DNA from: Bacteroidales bacterium
Lineage (GTDB): Bacteria; Bacteroidota; Bacteroidia; Bacteroidales; UBA7960
DNA length: 64,000 nt
Direction: 5' to 3'
Assembly (NCBI GenBank): GCA_007134525.1
Contig: SLKR01000042.1
Location: forward strand, 3,672-67,671
How positions within the stretch are numbered: position 1 is the first letter of the stretch; every line of letters starts with the position of its first letter. A model generated the notes under the pieces. That model saw only the letters and a list, made by a program, of their open reading frames with translations. It was not told where the DNA came from and made no database searches. Below, one piece after another: positions 9,887 through 19,128 of this stretch. The translations under genes and the position numbers were made by a program.

Positions 9887-12309
9887 AAACAGACGACCCA
9901 GGATACAGCCCGCCGCCAGGGAACCCTGACATTGTTGGTATGGACAGGCGTTGCTTCATGAAGATGGGGGCATTGTTTGCAGGTGGACTGACAGCATTTG
10001 GTTCAATGCTGGGGTGTACGGACAGTGACAGAAGGATAAGGCTTCCGGGAAAACTTCAGAAAGACGGAACAGTTATAGTCAGGGCCGGATGTCCGGCACA
10101 CAATTGCGGGGGAAGGTGTGTTTTGAAACTTTTTGTCAGGGAGGGGGAGATAGTAAGGATCGAGTCGGATGACAGGGAAGGTGACGATATCAGTGACCCG
10201 CAGCTGCGAGCCTGCATACGGGGCAGATCCTACCGCCGCAGACAGTATCACCCTGACCGCCTGAGGTACCCGTTGAAAAGAACAGGAAAAAGAGGAGAAG
10301 GTAAATTTGAGAGGATAAGCTGGGATGAGGCCTTCGACATGATCTCCTCAGAACTGAAAAGAATAAAAAGAGAGTACGGGAATTCCGCAATACTGGTCCC
10401 TTATGGTACGGGAAGCTATAACCAGACAAACGGCCGCCAGACTGCTGCCAGGCTTATGAACCTGTTTGGGGGATCCCTTGGTTTTTACAACAGTTACTCA
10501 TGGGCCTGCATAAGCAGGGCCACGCCCTATGTTTATGGGACAGGTGTTACCGGTAACCAGCGCCAGGACTGGATAAACTCCAAATATATCATAATGTGGG
10601 GGTGGAACCCCTCGGAGATGCGAGACGGTACCAACAGTGAATACTTCCTGAAAAAAGCCAGAGAAAAGGGTGCCAGAATAATCTGCATCGACCCAAGGAT
10701 GAGCATGAGCGCCGTTTCGCTCGCGGATGAGTGGATACCAATAAGGCCGGGTACCGATACGGCCCTGATGAGTGCCATGGCCTATGTGATCATATCAGAG
10801 AACCTCCACGACATGGAGTTTATCAAAAATTGCTGCACTGGCTTCGACAGTTCGCAGATGCCTGAGGGGCTCGAAAACGAGGAGAGTTACAGTGATTATA
10901 TTTTCGGCACCCGCGACGGGGAGCCCAAAACACCTCAGTGGGCTCAGCAGATCACCGGCATTCCGGCCTCTACAATAACAAGGATAGCAAGGGAGTATGG
11001 TTCGATTAAACCGGCAATGCTTTACCAGGGTTACGGTATGCAAAGGCGTGCATACGGTGAGCAACCGGTACTTGGCGGATGTGTCCTGGCTGCAATTACA
11101 GGCAATGTCGGCATACCGGGGGGCTGGGCCAGCGGTATCGCATTGCAGGCCGATGACGGCGGGCCGTTCTGGAACATATTCCCTACCGGACAAAACCCGG
11201 TAAGTGCTTCAATTCCAGTATTCCTATGGACAGAGGCAATCTTAAGGGGTAAGGAAATGGGTCGCGGGGATGGAGTTATCGGTGCGGACAAACTCGACAA
11301 TAATATCAAGCTGATATGGTGTGTGGCTTCCAATATTTTGATCAACCAGCATGCCGACACCAACAGGTCGGCAAGGATCCTCAGTGACGAGAATTTGGTG
11401 GAGTTCATTGCAGTGCAGGATCAGTTTATGACCCCGTCGGCAAAATTTGCCGACCTGGTAATGCCCGTATGCACACAATTTGAGATGTGGGGGCTTGAAG
11501 ATGGCTGGAAGTACGGTGATGAGGTTATTTTAATGCCAAAAGTGGCTGATCCGCCGTTTGAAAACAAAAGTGATTACCAGATAGCAGCCGGTATTGCAGA
11601 AAGGCTTGGCCTTAAAGAGGAATACACCCAGGGCAGGGATGAATACGACTGGATTGAATGGGCAGTAAAATACTACCGTAACACCCGTTTCCCTGACATA
11701 CCGGATCTTGAAAAGCTGCATGAAATGAACAGGGGAGTATATACCAGGCCGGTTGATGAACCTAAAGTGGCCTTTACTGACTTCCGCAGGGATCCTGATA
11801 AACACCCTCTTAATACGCCTTCCGGTAAAATTGAACTTTTCTCGAAAACACTTTTCGACATGAACAGGCCAGACACTATTCCGCCGGTTCCCAAATACAT
11901 ACAAGAGTGGGAAAGTCCGTTCGGAATTGAGAGTGAAAAGTATCCCCTGCAGGCCCTGGGTCATCATTACATGCCAAGGGTGCACTCTACCCATGACGGC
12001 ATAGACTGGCTTGAGGAGGCATTTCCACAAAGGCTGTTCATCAACCCTTTAGACGCAAACAGCAGGGGGATAAAAGACGGCGACACTGCAATGGTCTATA
12101 ACGAAAGGGGAAGGATATCGATACCCTGCAGGGTAACTGCCAAGATTATGCCGGGAGTTGTCAACATACCACAGGGTGCATGGTGGGATCCTGACAAGGA
12201 CGGTGTTGACAGAAGAGGTAATATAAATGTACTTACCAGCCACAGGTGGACTCCGCTTGCATTCGGGAATGCACAGCACACAATAATGGTAGAGGTGAAA
12301 AAACAATGA
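9883..12309 (+). CDS. dmsA: DMSO reductase family molybdopterin oxidoreductase, catalytic subunit A (Tat-exported)
   Basis: Twin-arginine motif DRRCFMKMGALFAGG. N-terminal FeS cysteine group CPAHNCGGRC. About 808 aa, similar to E. coli DmsA. Followed by dmsB and dmsC. The start could be 9883 (ATGA overlap with the M28 gene) or the ATG at 9940. Confidence 0.9.
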   Translation: MKTDDPGYSPPPGNPDIVGMDRRCFMKMGALFAGGLTAFGSMLGCTDSDRRIRLPGKLQKDGTVIVRAGCPAHNCGGRCVLKLFVREGEIVRIESDDREGDDISDPQLRACIRGRSYRRRQYHPDRLRYPLKRTGKRGEGKFERISWDEAFDMISSELKRIKREYGNSAILVPYGTGSYNQTNGRQTAARLMNLFGGSLGFYNSYSWACISRATPYVYGTGVTGNQRQDWINSKYIIMWGWNPSEMRDGTNSEYFLKKAREKGARIICIDPRMSMSAVSLADEWIPIRPGTDTALMSAMAYVIISENLHDMEFIKNCCTGFDSSQMPEGLENEESYSDYIFGTRDGEPKTPQWAQQITGIPASTITRIAREYGSIKPAMLYQGYGMQRRAYGEQPVLGGCVLAAITGNVGIPGGWASGIALQADDGGPFWNIFPTGQNPVSASIPVFLWTEAILRGKEMGRGDGVIGADKLDNNIKLIWCVASNILINQHADTNRSARILSDENLVEFIAVQDQFMTPSAKFADLVMPVCTQFEMWGLEDGWKYGDEVILMPKVADPPFENKSDYQIAAGIAERLGLKEEYTQGRDEYDWIEWAVKYYRNTRFPDIPDLEKLHEMNRGVYTRPVDEPKVAFTDFRRDPDKHPLNTPSGKIELFSKTLFDMNRPDTIPPVPKYIQEWESPFGIESEKYPLQALGHHYMPRVHSTHDGIDWLEEAFPQRLFINPLDANSRGIKDGDTAMVYNERGRISIPCRVTAKIMPGVVNIPQGAWWDPDKDGVDRRGNINVLTSHRWTPLAFGNAQHTIMVEVKKQ

Positions 12310-12932
12310 AGCAGATAGCATTTTATTTCGATTCATCTGCCTGTTCGGGTTGCAAAACCTGCCAGGTGGCCTGCAAGGATAAGCATGACCTGCCAAGGGG
12401 CATACTCTGGCGCAGAGTATATGAGGTTTGCGGTGGCGACTGGATAAAAAGAGGAAGTGCCTGGCTGCAGAATGTGGTCTCATACCATATGTCTATGGCC
12501 TGCAACCACTGCGAAGAGGCAATATGTATTGAAACCTGTCCGAATGCTGCCATAGTAAAGGATCAAAAAGGAATAGTCCTGGTGGATCCAGACAGGTGCA
12601 TGGGTTGCAGGTACTGTGAGTGGACATGCCCTTATGGTGCTCTTCAGTTCGACAGCAACAGCAGGGTAATGACAAAATGCACTTTCTGTGCTGACTACCT
12701 GGAGGAAGGGAAGGATCCGGTATGCGTTACAGCCTGCCCGATGAGGGCAATGGAATTTGGTGATCTCGATGAACTGAGAAACAGGTACGGGAAAAACAGT
12801 GATATTTTTCCGCTTCCTGATGCCGGATATACCAAGCCGGCCATCGTTATTACCCCTCACCGCGACTCCGGGAAAGCCGGCAGTAGAAATCTGCATATAA
12901 TCAACAGGGAAGAAGTAAAACCAAAAATCTAA
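12306..12932 (+). CDS. dmsB: DMSO reductase family 4Fe-4S subunit B
   Basis: Four ferredoxin-type Cys groups: CSGCKTCQVAC, CNHCEEAICIETCP, CMGCRYCEWTCP, CTFC...CVTACP. The ATG at 12306 overlaps the dmsA stop (ATGA), so the ORF-track start at 12246 is rejected. Confidence 0.9.
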   Translation: MKQIAFYFDSSACSGCKTCQVACKDKHDLPRGILWRRVYEVCGGDWIKRGSAWLQNVVSYHMSMACNHCEEAICIETCPNAAIVKDQKGIVLVDPDRCMGCRYCEWTCPYGALQFDSNSRVMTKCTFCADYLEEGKDPVCVTACPMRAMEFGDLDELRNRYGKNSDIFPLPDAGYTKPAIVITPHRDSGKAGSRNLHIINREEVKPKI

Positions 12933-12952
12933 AAACTCAATCCTGACAAGAT

Positions 12953-13822
12953 ATGAACAGCAACGAATGGCCTCTTGTTTTCTTTACAATGCTTTCGCAG
13001 ATAAGCGTTGGATTGATCCTGGGCGGACTGCTTCTATGGGCCGGAGCAAAAAACACGGGGACTGCCAACTTTGACACTTTCAAAAAAGCCCTGCTGATAT
13101 CGGCATTCATAACGATGGGAATAGCTTTGCTCATCTCCTTTTTTCACCTGTCCTCTCCCCTTCATTCTGTATATTCGCTCAGCAACATCGGAAAATCCTG
13201 GCTCAGCAGGGAGATCATACTGGCATCGCTCTATCTCTTCAGCCTGGCAGTTTGCTATTTATCTCTAAGGTACAACATACCGCACAGGAACATTTTCGGG
13301 CACTTTTACCTGGCTTCGGCTTTAACCGGTATTATACTTATATATGCCATGTCAAGGGTTTATATGATCTCGACAACTCCTCTTTGGAACACACCTGCAA
13401 CTTTGGTCGCATTTTTCAATACCACCATTCTGCTCGGAGGATCTGCCCTGCTGCTTGTATTGATTATTGCAGCAAGGGCAAAAGGGGATATGCCTGAACT
13501 TCAACCCTTGTTTAACCTTTTGTTTTTCATGATAAGTGCCGGCGTATTTATTGGCCTTCTAAATATGCTGCTGCTGCAGCCGGATCCTTCAGGTATTGCT
13601 GGCAGTTTCGCAGCACCGGAGCTATCCGGGATATGGAAAATATCACAGACTATTTTCCTGCTGGCCGGATACAGCACTCTGGCTTGGTGGTTTGCTTTCA
13701 GAATGCCTCAATACCAAGGTAGTGGTACAATAATCCTAATTATAGCAATAACCTGCATATTTCTGTCTGAACTGGCAGGCAGGTACCTGTTTTATGCTTC
13801 ATATTACAGGATTGGCGTCTGA
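12953..13822 (+). CDS. dmsC: DmsC-type membrane anchor subunit
   Basis: 289 aa with about 8 TM helices. The N-terminus NEWPLVFFTMLSQISVG parallels E. coli DmsC HEWPLMIFTVFGQCVAG. Confidence 0.8.
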   Translation: MNSNEWPLVFFTMLSQISVGLILGGLLLWAGAKNTGTANFDTFKKALLISAFITMGIALLISFFHLSSPLHSVYSLSNIGKSWLSREIILASLYLFSLAVCYLSLRYNIPHRNIFGHFYLASALTGIILIYAMSRVYMISTTPLWNTPATLVAFFNTTILLGGSALLLVLIIAARAKGDMPELQPLFNLLFFMISAGVFIGLLNMLLLQPDPSGIAGSFAAPELSGIWKISQTIFLLAGYSTLAWWFAFRMPQYQGSGTIILIIAITCIFLSELAGRYLFYASYYRIGV

Positions 13823-13825
13823 GAG

Positions 13826-15541
13826 ATGAGCAACAGTGAAGAAAAATGGCTAAAAGCCGCTGTGATAGGAAGCCTGTGGGGTGCATCTGAAATAGTACTT
13901 GGCAGCTTTCTTCACAACCTAAGGATACCGTTCAGCGGCAACATTCTGACGGCAATAGGCATTGTACTTATGGTATCCGGTCACAGGCTTTGGCCACAGA
14001 CAGGCATCCTTATCAGGGCAGGCCTCATATGCGCAGCCCTGAAAACCCTATCCCCCAGCCCGGTTATACTGGGCCCTATGCTGTCAATAATAATGCAGGC
14101 CACATTAATGGAGTCAGCGGTATTCCTGGGCAGAGGCACAAAGGCATCATATATAACCGGAGGAGGGCTGGCAGTAAGCTGGAACCTGGCATATCGCATA
14201 TTTTCGGGCATCGTATTGTACGGAGGTTCGCTGATTGCACTCTACCAGAACCTGATTGACTATATAAGCAGACAAACAGGTCTGGAAACCGGGAGTTATT
14301 GGCTGCCGCTTATAATTTTGTGGGCCCTTTTCTTTCTCTGGGGCGCCGTTGCCGGAGCCGCCGGTATTTATATTTCAAACATGGCATCTGGCAAAAAGCC
14401 GGCATTCAGAATTTCCGATCCGGGAGAAATACCCCACCTGCGATCAGGTAAGACCTCCTTTCGGAGAGGGAAACTGGCCGGTATGCGGCCAATGCTTGTT
14501 TTTATTTTACTGGTGGCAGGTCTTTACAGTATTTCTGAATTCAAATTGCCTGTAACCCTTCCGTTACTGGCGTTCTTTTTAATTATGCTGTATATATATG
14601 ATAAACGTATAATATACAGGCTGTTCAGAAAACGTGCCCTTTGGATCGCCATGTCGATCATGATGATCCTTTCGGGCTTTTTTCTCGGTCCAAAGGCAGG
14701 ATTCAGCACAGAAGGGCTTAAAGGCGGGATTGAAATGGTAATGAGGGCAATTTACGTAATAGGCGGATTTGCATTAATAAGCAGTGAACTGCAAAGGCCT
14801 GAAATAACAAGGTTAATTAGGGGAAAAACATTATCGCCGCTGATGAATGCCGTGAGGATCGCATTCCATGCAACCCCCGCCCTTATCGACAGTCTGCCCC
14901 AGGGCAGGGAATGGCGCAGGCCGGCCAGGGTTCTTTCTTCGATGGCAGGAAGCATGGAGCATACATTTGAGTTAATGAAACGTCATAACAAAACAGCAAG
15001 AAAGATATTCATAATTAGCGGGAAAAGGGGCGAAGGCAAGAGTACCTTTGTAAGCAATGTTAACAGGATCCTGCGCAGCAGCGGGGTGGACACCGGCGGA
15101 CTGATTGCACCCGCATATTTCGAAAAAGGTATCCGGACAGGATATATGGCCCGCAGTGCAGGGGGTGAAGGACTTGACGTCCTGCTCTGCAGCCAGGTAA
15201 AAAGCCCTGACAAAGAATTGCCTGGTAGCTATCAGTTTAAAAATAAAGCTATTGAATATGGTGAGGAGCTGCTCTCACCTGCCAGGAATAAAAACCGCAG
15301 ACTTGTAATCATTGATGAGGTCGGCCCCTATGAGCTGAAAGGTATGGGATGGGATAATGCCCTTGAAAAGATTCTGAGCGGGAGCCAATGCAATTTACTG
15401 CTGGTTGTGAGGGAAAGCCTCACAGATAGAGTGATTGATAAGTACAGATTGAATAACCCGGTTATCATAAGGCTTAACAAGTACAAACCGGATCAGGTGG
15501 CTGCAACAATAAAGGAGGCTATAGACCGGCAAGGTGAGTGA
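13826..15541 (+). CDS. Fusion protein: polytopic membrane domain (about 390 aa) + C-terminal P-loop NTPase (THEP1/DUF2478-like)
   Basis: About 10 predicted TM helices. The C-terminal domain starts near nt 15002 and has Walker A GKRGEGKST and Walker B RLVIIDEVGPYE. The gene sits 3 nt after dmsC and 18 nt before mobA. Confidence 0.6.
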   Translation: MSNSEEKWLKAAVIGSLWGASEIVLGSFLHNLRIPFSGNILTAIGIVLMVSGHRLWPQTGILIRAGLICAALKTLSPSPVILGPMLSIIMQATLMESAVFLGRGTKASYITGGGLAVSWNLAYRIFSGIVLYGGSLIALYQNLIDYISRQTGLETGSYWLPLIILWALFFLWGAVAGAAGIYISNMASGKKPAFRISDPGEIPHLRSGKTSFRRGKLAGMRPMLVFILLVAGLYSISEFKLPVTLPLLAFFLIMLYIYDKRIIYRLFRKRALWIAMSIMMILSGFFLGPKAGFSTEGLKGGIEMVMRAIYVIGGFALISSELQRPEITRLIRGKTLSPLMNAVRIAFHATPALIDSLPQGREWRRPARVLSSMAGSMEHTFELMKRHNKTARKIFIISGKRGEGKSTFVSNVNRILRSSGVDTGGLIAPAYFEKGIRTGYMARSAGGEGLDVLLCSQVKSPDKELPGSYQFKNKAIEYGEELLSPARNKNRRLVIIDEVGPYELKGMGWDNALEKILSGSQCNLLLVVRESLTDRVIDKYRLNNPVIIRLNKYKPDQVAATIKEAIDRQGE

Positions 15542-15559
15542 TCAGGAAATCAAATAAAA

Positions 15560-16129
15560 ATGAAGAAGGTTAGCGGCATAATACTTGCGGGGGGCAAAAG
15601 CAGCCGTTTCGGGCGCGACAAATGCCTTTATGAATACAAGGGCAAGCCGCTTATAATGCACTCCCTGGATATAATGAAACGGGTAGTGGAATCAGCGCAG
15701 CTGATATTAAGCACAAACAACCCTGTTGCATACAGTGGCTTTGGTATCAGGATCATCAGTGATATTCACAGAAACTGCGGGCCTCTCGGGGGTCTGCATT
15801 CGGCACTTACAAATTCACCGGCAGATTATATAGCGGTCATTCCCTGCGATACACCATTTGTGCACCCCGGACTATATGATTTTCTGCTTAAAAACTCAGA
15901 AGGATATGATGCCGTGATACCCACACATGGAAAATACGCCGAACCCATGTGCGGATTATACCGGAAAAGCTGTCTGGGGAACCTGGATAAAGCTATAATG
16001 AGCAGGCGGCTGAAAATACTGGATGCGCTCAGTACACTTCAGGTAAATTTTGCGGATCCCTCCGGCGAGGAGTTTTATACGGCAGGCATGTTCCACAATA
16101 TAAACAGGATCAGCGATATCCCATCATAA
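15560..16129 (+). CDS. mobA: Molybdenum cofactor guanylyltransferase
   Basis: N-terminal GIILAGGKSSRFG...DK motif. 189 aa. Located in the context of a bis-MGD enzyme operon. Confidence 0.85.
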   Translation: MKKVSGIILAGGKSSRFGRDKCLYEYKGKPLIMHSLDIMKRVVESAQLILSTNNPVAYSGFGIRIISDIHRNCGPLGGLHSALTNSPADYIAVIPCDTPFVHPGLYDFLLKNSEGYDAVIPTHGKYAEPMCGLYRKSCLGNLDKAIMSRRLKILDALSTLQVNFADPSGEEFYTAGMFHNINRISDIPS

Positions 16130-16130
16130 G

Positions 16131-17030
16131 TCATTGACAGTCGAGGTTAACGTCAAGCACATAGTTTTCTATTACCTCAAGCTGCCTGGCAGTTTCCTGT
16201 CCTGCAAAGCCGGTTATGTCGTCATAAGATACCAGTTCCTTAAACGCCTCTGTGAAGGCAGAAGCCAGGGGGAGGTATGACCAGTGCCATTTTTCCTCCT
16301 CATAGCCACCTTCACGATTATTACCGTGAGCGGTATAAGGCTGGCAGAAATCAAATCCGGCGGCATTTTCTATAAGCCAATCATATACTGCCTTTCCCGG
16401 GCCTGACTCAAAATAGGAGTTCTGGAGGCTGTTCAGGTCAATGTCTGTACCCCAGTGGTGCCGGGAAGTCCCCGGCATTGCACTGAACCGGAGTATTTCC
16501 TCTGCCCTGCTTAAAGGGTCGTCAATATCCGTTGCATATATGCCACCATGAAGTTGCTGCCTTCCCTCCCATTTGTTCTCCCATATTCTCTTCTGGTGAC
16601 CAAAAGTGCGGGCAGCAGAGATTATACTAAGTTCAACACCTTCACTGATTGCTGAATCCCTCATATTCACAAATGCACTGTATGCAGCCTTTCGCATATA
16701 CATACCTTCCCTGACAGCATATTCGGGATTGACAACCACAAAATCAGGGTCACCTGCCGGGTCAATACGCCCTAATAGCATATCCCGGCTGATATCATAC
16801 TCCATGCTCCCGGTTTCTTCTCTCATTTCGTCTCGGATTTTGGGTTCATAAACCTTTGGACTTTCTTCAACCCGGGAAGTATCGGTTGCAGTATCTGTGG
16901 GTATTATTGCCCGGCGGGCCGCCCTGTAGCCCCTGGAGAAAATAAGCAGAAGCGCCAGCAGCACCAGCAGGGCTATAAGAAAGGCCCTGTTCCATGATAT
17001 TTTTTTACTATGATATCTGCCGCCTAACAT
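16131..17030 (-). CDS. M15B (VanY-like) D-alanyl-D-alanine carboxypeptidase, membrane-anchored
   Basis: N-terminal TM helix. Zinc-ligand context SRHHWGTDIDL. Confidence 0.75.
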   Translation of the reverse strand: MLGGRYHSKKISWNRAFLIALLVLLALLLIFSRGYRAARRAIIPTDTATDTSRVEESPKVYEPKIRDEMREETGSMEYDISRDMLLGRIDPAGDPDFVVVNPEYAVREGMYMRKAAYSAFVNMRDSAISEGVELSIISAARTFGHQKRIWENKWEGRQQLHGGIYATDIDDPLSRAEEILRFSAMPGTSRHHWGTDIDLNSLQNSYFESGPGKAVYDWLIENAAGFDFCQPYTAHGNNREGGYEEEKWHWSYLPLASAFTEAFKELVSYDDITGFAGQETARQLEVIENYVLDVNLDCQ

Positions 17031-17047
17031 TTTTCAGTGACAAATTT

Positions 17048-19075
17048 CTATTTCAGCCACTTATCAAGCCAGTTAAAGAACTCCCTTTGCCAGAGTATAC
17101 CGTTCTGGGGAGTCAGGACCCAGTGGTTCTCTTCCGGGAAAAAGAGGAGCCGGCTCGGTATACCCTGCAGCTGCGCCGCATTGAATGCCTGCAGGCCCTC
17201 AGCATAGGGAACCCTGTAGTCTTTGCCGCCGTGTATGACCATCATTGGCGTATCCCATTTGTGTACCTTAAGGTGTGGGGAAAAATCATAGCTGTGTGGC
17301 CTTGGTTCCTCCCAATACCCCCCTCCTATATCATGGTTGGCAAAGAACATTTCTTCCGTCGTTGCGTACCAGCTCTCAAGGTTGAAAAGTCCGCAGTGCG
17401 AAATAAACGCAGAGAAACGGTTCTCGTGAACACCGGCAAGATAGAACACACTATAGCCCCCATAACTTGCACCAACTGCACCAATGCGATCCTCATCAAC
17501 ATACTCCTCTGCCTTAAGCTCGTCAATTGCGCTAAGATAGTCAAGTATGTTCTGCCCCCCATAATCCTGGCTTATCTGGTCATTCCATTCCTGGCCGAAG
17601 GTAGGAAGCCCCCTTCTGTTTGGAGCAACTACAATATAGTCGTTTGCAGCCATTATCTGGAAGTTCCAGCGGTAGGAGAAAAACTGGCTGACAGCGCTCT
17701 GGGGACCTCCCCCACAGTAAAGCAGGGCAGGATACTTCTGGGAAGGGTCAAAGTCGGGCGGATAGATGACCCAAACCAGCATTTCCAGACCGTCGGTCGT
17801 GGAAACCCATCTTTCTTCCACCCTTCCCATATCAATGCTTCCGAGCATATCCCCGTTTATAAAGCTCAGTTGTACATCATTACCGCTTCGCCTGTCAACA
17901 CTATATATCTCAGTAGGTAATGATATACTCATACGCTCAGCTATCAGGCGATCTCCGGCAACGGCCACCGATTGGTAGTTGTGATGTCCGCCGGTGAGCC
18001 TTGAAATTAAAGCAGCGTCAATATCAAGGGCATATAGTTGGTAAGTTGCGTGAACACCGCTTACGAAATATAGGGTGCGACTGTCCGGAGACCAGGCAAA
18101 ATTACCGGAACTCTGGTCAAATCCGGCAGAAAAATCTCTGTACTTCCTGCTCTCCAGGTCCATTATCATTATCCTGTTCTTGTCTGACTCAAATCCGGGA
18201 GTGGCCATACTCTCCCAGGCCATATACTTTCCGTCAGGAGAAAATACCGGATTCTTGTCATACCCATCATTGAACGGAGTCAGGTTCTCTGTTTCTCCGG
18301 TTTCAAGGTCGTAGAGGTAAATGTCGGAATTTGTCGATATCGTCCACTCCCTTCCGTATTTCTTCTTGCAGGTATATGCAAGTGATCTGCCATCAGCACT
18401 CCAGGATATCTGTGAACTGCCGCCAAATGGAGGCAGGGGTGAATCCCATGCTTCCCCTTCCATGATGTCTTTACCCTGGTTTATTGTTTCTGCAGAATAG
18501 GGCGCAATAAAAATATGGCTGAAGCTGCCGTCATGCCAACGATCCCAGTGCCGGTACATCAGATCGTCAGCAATATATGCATTTGACCCCTGAAGATCAG
18601 GGTGCCTCTCTTTAGTTCCTTCAATTACCTTTACCCTGCTTGTGTAATAGATATGCTCCATTCCGGGTGAGTATCCGAAGCCTGTAATTCCGCCGTCAAT
18701 ATTGGTTAACTGCACAATATTGCTGCCGTCAGGATCCATTTCAAATAATTGCACACTGCCACCGGCGGGTTTTAAAAAGCCTATCCGAAGGCCATCAGGC
18801 CTCCAAACGGCAGCAGACTCAGAAACGGCAGATGAAGTTATGTTAACAGCTTCTCCCCCCTCGGCAGGTATTATATAAAGATCCCTTACTCCATTGTTTC
18901 CCTGTATATCATAATGGGTTACACCAAAAAGTATTTTGCTCCCATCCGGGGATACCCGCACATCACTTAAACGCCCGAGCTCCCAGAGGGATTCGGGTGT
19001 TAGGCGTTGCTGCCCGGAGGCAGTGAATGAAGCCGACATAAGCAGTATTATTGAAGTTATTACCAGGGTTTTCAT
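17048..19075 (-). CDS. S9 family peptidase (prolyl oligopeptidase / acylaminoacyl-peptidase type), secreted
   Basis: Signal peptide present. N-terminal beta-propeller (SPDG repeats). C-terminal alpha/beta hydrolase domain with nucleophile elbow GASYGGY and the terminal ENHW histidine. Confidence 0.85.
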   Translation of the reverse strand: MKTLVITSIILLMSASFTASGQQRLTPESLWELGRLSDVRVSPDGSKILFGVTHYDIQGNNGVRDLYIIPAEGGEAVNITSSAVSESAAVWRPDGLRIGFLKPAGGSVQLFEMDPDGSNIVQLTNIDGGITGFGYSPGMEHIYYTSRVKVIEGTKERHPDLQGSNAYIADDLMYRHWDRWHDGSFSHIFIAPYSAETINQGKDIMEGEAWDSPLPPFGGSSQISWSADGRSLAYTCKKKYGREWTISTNSDIYLYDLETGETENLTPFNDGYDKNPVFSPDGKYMAWESMATPGFESDKNRIMIMDLESRKYRDFSAGFDQSSGNFAWSPDSRTLYFVSGVHATYQLYALDIDAALISRLTGGHHNYQSVAVAGDRLIAERMSISLPTEIYSVDRRSGNDVQLSFINGDMLGSIDMGRVEERWVSTTDGLEMLVWVIYPPDFDPSQKYPALLYCGGGPQSAVSQFFSYRWNFQIMAANDYIVVAPNRRGLPTFGQEWNDQISQDYGGQNILDYLSAIDELKAEEYVDEDRIGAVGASYGGYSVFYLAGVHENRFSAFISHCGLFNLESWYATTEEMFFANHDIGGGYWEEPRPHSYDFSPHLKVHKWDTPMMVIHGGKDYRVPYAEGLQAFNAAQLQGIPSRLLFFPEENHWVLTPQNGILWQREFFNWLDKWLK

Positions 19076-19128
19076 CTCGATTTTATTTTGTTTGTTATTA
19101 AACAGCTTCCGGGTGCTCTCAAAATAAC

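Noticed and set aside
12246-12305. Upstream extensions of ORF-track starts: dmsB at 12246, the VTC gene at 29297 (TTG), the AKR gene at 50850, the GH65 gene at 58909, the amidohydrolase at 60613 (TTG), dcp at 4891 (TTG) and the glucosaminidase at 20927 (GTG).
   Set aside because: In each case an internal ATG gives a canonical N-terminus (signal peptide or family-typical start). The internal ATG also removes an overlap with the upstream gene or sits at the right distance from a -7 box.
9883-12309. A Moco riboswitch or other leader RNA upstream of the molybdoenzyme operon.
   Set aside because: The dmsA start overlaps or nearly abuts the upstream peptidase gene. No untranslated leader long enough for a riboswitch exists.
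16994-17920. A 308-aa plus-strand ORF, the longest unexplained ORF in the track.
   Set aside because: It lies entirely antisense to the strongly supported S9 peptidase gene. It has no recognisable motif, and its composition is the low-complexity type typical of shadow frames.
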